Below, in pieces: positions 50,284-58,370 of a stretch of 64,000 nucleotides of DNA. The notes below the pieces were generated by a model. That model saw nothing but the letters and a program-made list of their open reading frames with translations. It ran no database searches and was not told where the DNA came from. The DNA comes from a bacterium. GTDB taxonomy: Bacteria > Patescibacteriota > Saccharimonadia > Saccharimonadales > SZUA-47. Position numbers and translations under genes: made by a program. Location: the NCBI GenBank assembly GCA_030428125.1, contig JAUIBF010000001.1, positions 234,383 to 298,382 of the forward strand. The letters are read 5' to 3'. Positions within the stretch are counted from its first letter, which is position 1, and the number at the start of each line of letters is the position of its first letter.

Positions 50284-50500
50284 AGTCGATACAAAAATAA
50301 AACGACTGCGAGCCCCAGTAGTAAGCCAAAAAATTACACTGGTGGAAACCCGAAAGTAAATATGTGGCTACTACGGGGTAAAATCCCAGCTCTGGATTAA
50401 TATGAGCAAGACGGTTTAACAGATAGAAAGCTCACGCGAGCAAACCTTATTGGTTTGGAGCTTTATGTGACTAAACAACCATCCACTGGGGTGGTTTTTT
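50284..50500 (+). ncRNA. candidate structured small RNA of unknown class (about 215 nt)
   Basis: No ORF of 60 aa or more in any frame across 50086-50521. Bounded by a promoter-like element and a strong terminator (50477-50500). An internal 13-bp stem joins 50316-50330 with 50366-50378 (two bulged A). Smaller hairpins at 50384-50399 and 50441-50457. Confidence 0.45.
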
Positions 50501-50521
50501 AGTTGTGATATAATAAAATCA

Positions 50522-51166
50522 ATGAAAATACAAGTTATAACACTTTTCCCAGAGATGTTTGAAGGAGTTTTAGGATCCAGCATGCTTTGGAAGGCTAAAG
50601 AGCGAAATGGTGTCGAATATGAGTTAATTGATTTGCGTCAGTACGGCATTGGACCTCGCAAGCAAGTCGACGATCCTCCATATGGTGGTGGTGACGGTAT
50701 GCTCATGAAGCCAGAGCCAATAGTTGCGGCCATTGAAGCAGCAAAAAAGCTAGATCCATCAGCAAAGGTATATTTACCTACACCTAGAGGAGAAATATTC
50801 AAACAATCAAAAGCTAAGAAGATCGCAAAATCTGAACAGGGTATGATTATTGTCTGCCCAAGATATGAAGGTTACGACGAGAGAATCACTAAATGGATAG
50901 ACGAGCAGTTCTGTATCGGAAACTATGTGTTAACAGGAGGCGAAATACCGGCAATGGCATTAATTGATAGTGTTGTTCGATTACTGCCAGGAGTGCTTGG
51001 TGGCGAAGCATCAGCTGAAATAGAGAGTTTTCAGGCAGATGATAAGTCGATTGAGTTTCCACAGTACACTCGTCCGGAAGATTTTAAAGGCATGAAAGTC
51101 CCAGATGTTCTCTTAAGTGGCCATCATGCTGAAATTCAGAAATGGCGCAAGGAAAACAGTAAATGA
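50522..51166 (+). CDS. trmD: tRNA (guanine37-N1)-methyltransferase
   Basis: MKIQVITLFPEMFEG, PPYGGGDGMLMKPEP, GRYEGYDER, VLTGGEIPAM. TGATATAAT box at 50506-50514. Confidence 0.95.
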   Translation: MKIQVITLFPEMFEGVLGSSMLWKAKERNGVEYELIDLRQYGIGPRKQVDDPPYGGGDGMLMKPEPIVAAIEAAKKLDPSAKVYLPTPRGEIFKQSKAKKIAKSEQGMIIVCPRYEGYDERITKWIDEQFCIGNYVLTGGEIPAMALIDSVVRLLPGVLGGEASAEIESFQADDKSIEFPQYTRPEDFKGMKVPDVLLSGHHAEIQKWRKENSK

Positions 51167-52170
51167 GCAACGTTATAGATATAAAGAAAGCGCTAGAAGA
51201 GCGCAACAGAGATGCTTCAATAGCTGAATCAGGAGAAATAGCACAGCTTCAGCACTTTCCTGAGGCGCCACCACTAGCCACCGCAGGAGAGGTTAGGGCA
51301 CTGGTTGGAGATCCTTTTACAAGTGAAGAGCTTGCTAAAGTTTTTGATTATCACAGAGAAACAGTGCTGGGTTTCACAGCACGGAACGGATTGGAGTCTC
51401 GCACCCAAAGAATCTTTGAAGAATCACTAGCTGACACTACACCATTTCTGCAAGACGACACAGGCAATCCAATACCATCATACTTAGACGTTGCAGAAAC
51501 TGAACCAAAGTCTAAGGAGTGGATACACCGAGGAGTAATAACTTTATCAGATATTAACAGATACGCAGGAGAAATAGTTTTTGGTTATCGCAGAACTTTT
51601 CCACGACGCAAAAGCCATCCGTATTCTGCTGCAGATATTGTCTTAAGGAGTGCTTATGCGGGCGTCGCATATGAACTATTTGCTAAAAGTTTAAACGCTG
51701 CAGCAATGCAAGCCAATAAATTCGGTACGTATAGGCACGGGATTAATATGCATTCTATACATATGGATGAAGGTACCCAGCAGCTACTTGTAGGTGAAAG
51801 ACTACGTAAATTAAAAAGATTTGAGTTGCGTGACCACGAAGGCGAAAGACTGATCAGGGGTTTCGGTCATTTAGGGCTAACTGCCGAGCTTGAAAGAACT
51901 GAACTAGTGACTGAAATTGAAGCTGGTGAGATTACTCGCTACATAAATGCGTACTGGCGAGAACGTCTACCTGAAGGTTGCGGTATAGAAGGCGCCGAGA
52001 ATTGGTTAATAGGATACTCCTACCCGTATCATGTTGACGATATTATTCAGACTCTAAAAGCTTTCAGGAGCATAGAACAACCAAGGTTAATAGAAGACAA
52101 CTTCAAGGATACCCTTGAACAGGCATTTACCCCGTCGCATGGCTTACGACTAGTTACGGACGCTGATTAG
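51163..52170 (+). CDS. hypothetical protein (orphan, 335 aa)
   Basis: ATGA overlap with the trmD stop. No motif recognised. Confidence 0.6.
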   Translation: MSNVIDIKKALEERNRDASIAESGEIAQLQHFPEAPPLATAGEVRALVGDPFTSEELAKVFDYHRETVLGFTARNGLESRTQRIFEESLADTTPFLQDDTGNPIPSYLDVAETEPKSKEWIHRGVITLSDINRYAGEIVFGYRRTFPRRKSHPYSAADIVLRSAYAGVAYELFAKSLNAAAMQANKFGTYRHGINMHSIHMDEGTQQLLVGERLRKLKRFELRDHEGERLIRGFGHLGLTAELERTELVTEIEAGEITRYINAYWRERLPEGCGIEGAENWLIGYSYPYHVDDIIQTLKAFRSIEQPRLIEDNFKDTLEQAFTPSHGLRLVTDAD

Positions 52171-52208
52171 TTTGGTATTTGCTAGAATATAATTAACTAG
52201 GAGGGAAT

Positions 52209-52616
52209 ATGTTAAAGAAATTTATCAAACCAGTTTATGCGCATTGTGATGTACCGTGTGGGATTTACGAAACGGATACCATGACTCATGCGGCCGCAAC
52301 GGTAAAGCGTATGGTTGAAAAATACAATGAAATCGGAGAGGTTGACGACGAAGACCCAGAAAGCATGAATACAGCTATCCGTTGCGTGATGACTAAGGAA
52401 GAACATGCACAGAAGTGTAAAGACCAGTTGTACTTACTATGGAGTGATTACTTTAAGCCCGAACACCTCGAAAAGTTTCCAGATTTGCATGAGAAATTCT
52501 GGATGGCAACAAAACAGTGCGGAAAAGTAAAACAAACAATGAGTGCCGAAGAGGCAGATAGGCTTATCGAAATGGTGCACGAAATATCTCATATGTTCGC
52601 AGATAGCAAAAAGTAG
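52209..52616 (+). CDS. sodN: nickel-containing superoxide dismutase precursor
   Basis: Leader MLKKFIKPVYA is followed by the Ni-hook HCDVPCGIY. The LWSDYFKPEHLEKFPDLH block is typical of NiSOD. AGGAGGG Shine-Dalgarno sequence. Confidence 0.9.
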   Translation: MLKKFIKPVYAHCDVPCGIYETDTMTHAAATVKRMVEKYNEIGEVDDEDPESMNTAIRCVMTKEEHAQKCKDQLYLLWSDYFKPEHLEKFPDLHEKFWMATKQCGKVKQTMSAEEADRLIEMVHEISHMFADSKK

Positions 52617-52886
52617 ATGATATTTTTTAGACGAGTAGTAGGTGAAAGTATGAGGCCGACTCTGCGGCCTGGTCAGATTGTTTGGGCTCATGAAATTCGC
52701 AGTTTCAGAAAAGGCCAAGTTGTAGTTGCTTTTGTTGGCGATAGAGAAGTAGTAAAGCGTATTGAAAGCATCGAAAATGGTGTCGTTACTCTAGTAGGGG
52801 ATAACGCAGAAAAATCAAACACTTATAAAGTCTCGGATACTAAAATTGAAGGTGTAGTATTTTGGCCCTGGGTGTCTACTAGATAA
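52617..52886 (+). CDS. sodX: S26-family signal-peptidase-like protease, NiSOD maturation protease
   Basis: GESMRPTL catalytic-Ser motif and VKRI (Lys) motif. ATG immediately follows the sodN stop. Confidence 0.8.
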   Translation: MIFFRRVVGESMRPTLRPGQIVWAHEIRSFRKGQVVVAFVGDREVVKRIESIENGVVTLVGDNAEKSNTYKVSDTKIEGVVFWPWVSTR

Positions 52887-53838
52887 GTCGACGTTCACGC
52901 AGGTAAAGGTACGCAATCGTTCCGGGTATAAGAGGTTGCCAATAAGTTATTGTCCTGTAGAGAAGTGCGACACTGACTGCTTCTTGAGATCCGAATCCTA
53001 ATATTGATAGTGAAGTGGCTATACCTGCTTCAACACCGAATAATCCACCGGGAGTAGGCAACAATCCACCTACTAAGACGCCGATACTTAGCGCTATGAC
53101 GGCATCAGATGTTGTAATCGATAAGCCAAGAGCGTCTCCACTTAGCTGCAGGAGTAATATGTTACCAATCAGAATTATCAATGCGATTAGTAGAAGCGAA
53201 GCTAATTTTTTCGGCTGTTTTAGAAGCTTAACTGATAGTTTTACGAATTGTTTCTCCACTTTTTTAACAGATTTTTGAATTTTTCTGAAGTGATAGAGCC
53301 AAACACATAGGACCAAGATTCCTATCAGCAAAAGTCCTAAAAAGAGTAGCGACTTAGTGGATATACTAGAGAAGATCGAGTCGCGAATATCTGGTTGGTA
53401 GAAAATCACGAACATAAAAACCAGAACATTCATGATTACACCTAAGACATTGTTGGTAAGGCTGACTACTACAGCTTTGTGAACAGGGACCCCAACCTTT
53501 TTTAGATGAAATACCCCCATAGATATATGGCCAAGCCCGCCAGGGATGATGCGACCTGGTCCCGCGCCTGCAAGGTGTGCAAGAACGGTAGAAAGAAATG
53601 GAATTTTTCTATCGCAAAGTATCTTATAGCTAATAGCAGTCAGGGGTAGCATTAACCACCATAGTGCAAACGCGACCATTAAGTATAAAAGGTCTCCGTT
53701 ACGGATAGCGAACAAGCTGCTATCAATTAACTCCCATTCGCTAATTACGAAAATAATGAGTGCTATCAGGCCTAGCAGCTCTAGCACAGCTCTTCTTTTT
53801 AAATGAGGCCAATGTTCGCTTTTTAGTATTTGTTTCAT
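52879..53838 (-). CDS. polytopic membrane protein, UPF0104/LPG-synthase-TM-like (flippase-like domain)
   Basis: About eight hydrophobic helices, GPGRIIPGGLG-type loop. Assignment rests on overall pattern only. Confidence 0.45.
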   Translation of the reverse strand: MKQILKSEHWPHLKRRAVLELLGLIALIIFVISEWELIDSSLFAIRNGDLLYLMVAFALWWLMLPLTAISYKILCDRKIPFLSTVLAHLAGAGPGRIIPGGLGHISMGVFHLKKVGVPVHKAVVVSLTNNVLGVIMNVLVFMFVIFYQPDIRDSIFSSISTKSLLFLGLLLIGILVLCVWLYHFRKIQKSVKKVEKQFVKLSVKLLKQPKKLASLLLIALIILIGNILLLQLSGDALGLSITTSDAVIALSIGVLVGGLLPTPGGLFGVEAGIATSLSILGFGSQEAVSVALLYRTITYWQPLIPGTIAYLYLRERRLI

Positions 53839-53944
53839 AGAATTTGTTTACTGTTGGTTTGATTATAACAGATAGCCATAAGCGTGATACAATACAGATA
53901 AATACATATAAGTTTAAAAAATCAAAAAATAATGTGGGATATAA

Positions 53945-55597
53945 ATGAAGAGACTACTTAATCAGTTATCAAAGGTTTTAGAAGGCAATATTAGTATTAA
54001 CGAGGAAGATCTAGAGTATTACTCCACCGATGGTGGCGTGTTCGAGTTAGAACCGACTGCTATCGTTTTCCCAAAAGATGTGAATGATGTCGAAAACCTA
54101 GTAAAAACAGTAGATGAATTCCACGAGCTTGGCAACGACAGGATATCCTTAACGGCAAGAGGCAATGGCACCGATCAGGGGGGAGGCCCAATAAATACGG
54201 GCATCATCGTGGATTTCATGAAGCATATGGATCATATTCTAGAAATCGGAGACGATTACGTTGTGGTGCAGCCTGGTTGTCTATACGGTCGGATGCAAAA
54301 AGAGTTGAAGAAGCGAGGGCGCTATATCCCGTCATATCCTGCTTCTATCGAGATAGCCACGATTGGTGGAGCAGTAGCAAATAATGCCGCGGGCGAAAAA
54401 ACAGTTAAATACGGTGCTACGCGAGACTATGTTGAAGCAATCCAAGTTGTTTTAAGCGACGGAACAGTAACATGGCTCCATAATGCTAGTCCATCTCAAG
54501 TTGAAGAAAAGAAAAGCAAGGATACTCTCGAAGGAAACATTTACAGACAGATAGAGAAAATTGTCGATGAGAATCAAGAGACAATTAATAATCATCCGAA
54601 CGTAACCAAAGAATCGTCTGGTTACGCGCTATGGAAGGTTAGAAATGGAAACAACCTAAACCTGGCCCAGGTTATTGTTGGTTCACAAGGAACACTTTGT
54701 TTCGTAACTGCAATTAGACTTAAGACTATCCCGATGCCAGACCCAGATAAAGTCGAACTTATCGTAAGTTATTATGAGTCATTAGACAAAGCCGGTTCTT
54801 CAGCGCAAGAGTTACACAGTCTAGAGCCAAGTGCGTTAGAAATCGTCGATAAGAATTTAATAGAACTAGTTAATAGTCAAAAACCTGAACTTCTAAAAGG
54901 ACTTCTCCCTGACGGACCTACACCAGCAGTAGTATTGTTGTGCGAGTTCGATAACCAAGATAATGAAGAAAGAAAAAATAAACTTCATCAAGCATCCGAG
55001 ATTATAAATAAATATGCATACGAGTCGGCTTTGAAAAATACTCCCGAAGAAGAAGCAGAAGCATGGAAGTTGCGTCGTTCTGCGGCTGCCGTGATGTGGA
55101 CTATACCAGGCAAGAAGAAAGCATTGCCAATTATAGAAGATGGCACAGTGCCACCACATAAACTCACCGAATTTATTAAGAGAGCATATCAAATATTTGA
55201 AAAATACGACCTAGAAATCGCTATATGGGGACATGCCGGCGACGCCGACCTGCATATGCAGCCTTTTATGGACTTGTCTAAAACATCAGATCGTAAAAAA
55301 TTATTTGCAATGACAGATGAGTTCTATAAGATGGTGCATGAACTCGGTGGTACTGCTGCGGGAGAGCATAATGATAGTCTGATGAGAGCTGTATATAGGC
55401 CAATTATGTTTGGTCCTGAACTAGAGAAGTTGTTTGACCAAGTTAAGGCAGTATTTGATCCTGAAAATATGTTCAATCCTCATAAAAAAGTCGGGGTTGA
55501 TTTCAATTATATTAAAAAACACTTAAGACACAGTTATTCTATAGAATCTATCGCGAAATTAGAACGACAAAAAGCTCAAGACACAATAGATAGATAA
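53945..55597 (+). CDS. FAD-linked oxidase (GlcD family), paralog of 27755-29392
   Basis: RGNGTDQGG, IGGAVANNAAGE, C-terminal FDPENMFNPHKKVGV. Same architecture and a similar C-terminal tail (LRHSYS/LRNSYS) as the other copy. Confidence 0.8.
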   Translation: MKRLLNQLSKVLEGNISINEEDLEYYSTDGGVFELEPTAIVFPKDVNDVENLVKTVDEFHELGNDRISLTARGNGTDQGGGPINTGIIVDFMKHMDHILEIGDDYVVVQPGCLYGRMQKELKKRGRYIPSYPASIEIATIGGAVANNAAGEKTVKYGATRDYVEAIQVVLSDGTVTWLHNASPSQVEEKKSKDTLEGNIYRQIEKIVDENQETINNHPNVTKESSGYALWKVRNGNNLNLAQVIVGSQGTLCFVTAIRLKTIPMPDPDKVELIVSYYESLDKAGSSAQELHSLEPSALEIVDKNLIELVNSQKPELLKGLLPDGPTPAVVLLCEFDNQDNEERKNKLHQASEIINKYAYESALKNTPEEEAEAWKLRRSAAAVMWTIPGKKKALPIIEDGTVPPHKLTEFIKRAYQIFEKYDLEIAIWGHAGDADLHMQPFMDLSKTSDRKKLFAMTDEFYKMVHELGGTAAGEHNDSLMRAVYRPIMFGPELEKLFDQVKAVFDPENMFNPHKKVGVDFNYIKKHLRHSYSIESIAKLERQKAQDTIDR

Positions 55598-55602
55598 GTT
55601 AT

Positions 55603-55887
55603 TTACTTAACCTCGACAACTGATTTGTCGAAAGCTATATACCGACTAATGTCCCGCTTGATTCTTAGCTCCGCTGACGGTAGTGGGTTAGGGTAGCCCC
55701 ACATTGCGTCTTTGTTTTCACCTAGATTATAGTATTGAGCATCACCCTTCCACGGGCAGTGATACTGCGTGTCGCTCTTAGAGACTAAATCTGGATTTAC
55801 GGAGTCAAGAGGGAAGTACTGGTTGCCTTCGATATATATTGTGTCGTCTGATTCAGCAATAACATCGCCGTCCATTAACGCTTGCAT
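55603..55887 (-). CDS. DUF427 domain protein
   Basis: VIAESDDTIYIEGNQYFP...YHCPWKGDAQYY pattern. Confidence 0.7.
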   Translation of the reverse strand: MQALMDGDVIAESDDTIYIEGNQYFPLDSVNPDLVSKSDTQYHCPWKGDAQYYNLGENKDAMWGYPNPLPSAELRIKRDISRYIAFDKSVVEVK

Positions 55888-55895
55888 ATTTCCTC

Positions 55896-56147
55896 CTAAT
55901 TTAGTCCGAGAACTGTATCGATTTTTTGCCTATCGAAGCCCAGGATTAGTTCTTCTTTGCCACTATCATCAGTTATCACAGTGAAGGGAACGCCTAGTTG
56001 GCCACTTTTTTCATAGAGTTCTTGCGCTATTTTTTGGTCTTCGTCAGCTTTTTTTTCGTCAAATTTAATATCTTTACTGTTCAGGTAACTTTTAAGCATT
56101 TTACAGAAGCCACAAGTTGCAGTGCTGTAGATTGTTATATTTTTCAT
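55896..56147 (-). CDS. glutaredoxin-like protein (NrdH/YruB type)
   Basis: ITIYSTATCGFCKMLKSYL (CxxC) and GVPFTVI. 83 aa. Confidence 0.8.
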   Translation of the reverse strand: MKNITIYSTATCGFCKMLKSYLNSKDIKFDEKKADEDQKIAQELYEKSGQLGVPFTVITDDSGKEELILGFDRQKIDTVLGLN

Positions 56148-56151
56148 GGTG

Positions 56152-56442
56152 CTAGTTCTCCTTTGTTAATTCTTTTAAATCTTTTACCAGTAAATCATCT
56201 GACTTCAGGGCATAGCATATCTTTTGTCCATAACGATGCTTATCTACCAGACCGATCATCTCAAAATTTCTGAAATGTTGTGAGACAGCGGAAGATGAAA
56301 TATTGAGCTTATCGGCAATCTCTCCAACGCAGTACTCATTATCAGTTTTTAAAAGTTTAAAAATTTCAAATCTTGTACTGTCACCGAGCAAATTCATTAC
56401 GTGGACTAGTCGTTTTTCATCGTGAACGGTTGTCGTTTCCAT
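56152..56442 (-). CDS. ArsR/SmtB-family transcriptional regulator
   Basis: LGDSTRFEIFKLL...CVGEIADKLNISSSAVSQHFRNFEMIGLV winged-HTH pattern. Confidence 0.8.
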   Translation of the reverse strand: METTTVHDEKRLVHVMNLLGDSTRFEIFKLLKTDNEYCVGEIADKLNISSSAVSQHFRNFEMIGLVDKHRYGQKICYALKSDDLLVKDLKELTKEN

Positions 56443-56476
56443 AATATTAGTATTTTAGCAGACACTAAAACATACT

Positions 56477-57052
56477 TCAAGTTTTCGCTATTTCAAAGCT
56501 GTTGTTTATCACTTCTCCAAGCTTATATATTGAATACAGGATCAAAATTATGCTAACCCAGTTAAGAATATTGCTAAGCTCCTCGACAGATACAGCTGCG
56601 GTAGCACCTAATGACGCAATAATTGGAGTTAATATTGATGTACCGCAAGCCACACACCCACCACTCAATATCGCAAAGAATAGTCCAGCCCCGCCGCTTT
56701 TTTTAGGAATTTTTTTAAAACTATTCATACGGACTGCCTTTACTATCAAGGCAAAATTAATACCAAAGAAAATCCCAAATAGAATTATCCCAGTTGCTTG
56801 AGCGTTATTGTAAGCAGTATATATTCCAGTCTGAACATCCCAGATTATCTGGAGTTTATCGGACAAAGCGAACCCTGACTCAAACAGAGTAAACCGAAGC
56901 AGATCTAAGTTAAGTGCCCATATGACCAGACCGGTAATAAGAAAACTGAATACTGCAGCTAAAAGAATATAGACGGGGCTTTTAAACGTTTTTTTTATTC
57001 CAGACCAGCTATTTTTAAGTCTGAACCGTAGTGGAATTTTTATTTTCGACAT
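56477..57052 (-). CDS. polytopic membrane protein with a single CxxC (SGGCVACGTS)
   Basis: Four to five hydrophobic helices; the only two Cys form CVAC. The start lies 1 nt after the DsbA-like stop. Confidence 0.6.
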   Translation of the reverse strand: MSKIKIPLRFRLKNSWSGIKKTFKSPVYILLAAVFSFLITGLVIWALNLDLLRFTLFESGFALSDKLQIIWDVQTGIYTAYNNAQATGIILFGIFFGINFALIVKAVRMNSFKKIPKKSGGAGLFFAILSGGCVACGTSILTPIIASLGATAAVSVEELSNILNWVSIILILYSIYKLGEVINNSFEIAKT

Positions 57053-57053
57053 T

Positions 57054-57764
57054 TTATTGTAGCTGCCTATCGATTAAAGCATTAAACACCGAAATCGGTT
57101 GCAAACCGATAAAGCTTTGCTCACCGATTACAAAACCCGGTGTGCCTCGTATCCCATCATCAGCAGCCAGCAATAAATCCCGGTCTATAAGGTAATTTTT
57201 AGATTCGGAGTCGATGCATTGCCTGAAAGACTCTGAATCAGCTACATAAGAACCGCTTAGCTCAACAAGCAGATCCGTGGTCAGTATATCTTCAATTTCA
57301 ATCTGGTAATTTTCGCTAGAATAGTAATTATCCCAGATGTAATTCATTACAGTGTTATGGTAATCAGTGAATGCATTTTGATCGTTTGCGCAGTACGCGC
57401 CTCTTAATGCACGCCCAGAATCTGGCCCAAAGGCAGGATAGGCACGGATTTCAAAGTTAACTTGAGAATCGTATTCTGTTGTAATTTTTTGAGCAGCCCC
57501 ACGATGGAATTTGTTACAGTTCGGGCATTTGTAGTCTATATATTCGATAACCGTAACCTTGGCGTTCGGACTACCAATTATTAAGGTAGATTCAATAACT
57601 TCAGGATTACTATTCTCGGATACACCTTGGTTCTCTTCCGAGGAAGAGATGGCTACCTCATTAGAATTTTCGTCTTCACCGTCATAGTTTAAAAAATAAA
57701 GTCCAGTGCCTGCTGCTAAGAATATTAAAATTGCCAGCAAAGTGGTTGCTACTGATTTGTTCAT
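57054..57764 (-). CDS. DsbA-like thiol:disulfide oxidoreductase, membrane-anchored
   Basis: Signal anchor MNKSVATTLLAILIFLAAG and thioredoxin fold with YKCPNCNKFH. Start moved to 57764 because a TATAAT box lies inside the longer ORF. Confidence 0.8.
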   Translation of the reverse strand: MNKSVATTLLAILIFLAAGTGLYFLNYDGEDENSNEVAISSSEENQGVSENSNPEVIESTLIIGSPNAKVTVIEYIDYKCPNCNKFHRGAAQKITTEYDSQVNFEIRAYPAFGPDSGRALRGAYCANDQNAFTDYHNTVMNYIWDNYYSSENYQIEIEDILTTDLLVELSGSYVADSESFRQCIDSESKNYLIDRDLLLAADDGIRGTPGFVIGEQSFIGLQPISVFNALIDRQLQ

Positions 57765-57881
57765 CTCCTGCCCTTTCGCAATGTTAATATTTAAGTAAGT
57801 ACTTAATCGTTGTGATATTATACTATACATTATACTAACGTTAATTTATGTGTAAAACTAATCTATAAAAGGGGTTATAAG

Positions 57882-58367
57882 GTGAATAAAGGCGTAATAA
57901 CAGCAATAATAGTTGCGATATTTGTGGCAGTTGGTGCCTTTGCTTTTCTGGGCAACGATAGTGATGACGATAACAGTAATGTTTCTACTAACTCACCAGC
58001 AAGTCCATCTTCAGAAACTAGTAGTAATCCTGTGAGTTCACCTTCCGGTGCAGGTTCGTATGTTGAATACTCAGATACAGTTTTAGCTGACACAGCCGGC
58101 ACTGAACAAGTGTTATTCTTCCATGCTGAGTGGTGTCCGACCTGTAAATTTTACGAATCAGAAATAGAAAAATCCGGAGTTCCTGAAGGAATCACGGTCA
58201 TTAAGATTGATTATGACGATGAAGATGAGCTAAAAGAGCAGTACGGAGTTACAGTACAGTCGACATTTGTTTGGCTTGATGCTAACGGTGAAGTGATGCA
58301 GTCTTGGCCTTTTGCTAGTGGACTAAAATCGCCACAAGATCTTTTTGATGTAGTTCAAGAAGGATAG
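57882..58367 (+). CDS. membrane-anchored thioredoxin-like protein
   Basis: TM anchor, Ser-rich linker, FFHAEWCPTCKFY (WCxxC). GTG start. Confidence 0.8.
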   Translation: MNKGVITAIIVAIFVAVGAFAFLGNDSDDDNSNVSTNSPASPSSETSSNPVSSPSGAGSYVEYSDTVLADTAGTEQVLFFHAEWCPTCKFYESEIEKSGVPEGITVIKIDYDDEDELKEQYGVTVQSTFVWLDANGEVMQSWPFASGLKSPQDLFDVVQEG

Positions 58368-58370
58368 TAA

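Noticed and set aside
50086-50521. A degraded rimM pseudogene filling the rpsP-trmD gap
   Set aside because: I could not trace any extended frame or RimM-like motif by eye. Promoter and terminator signals fit an RNA gene better. The idea remains a formal alternative and is listed under refutation of that finding.
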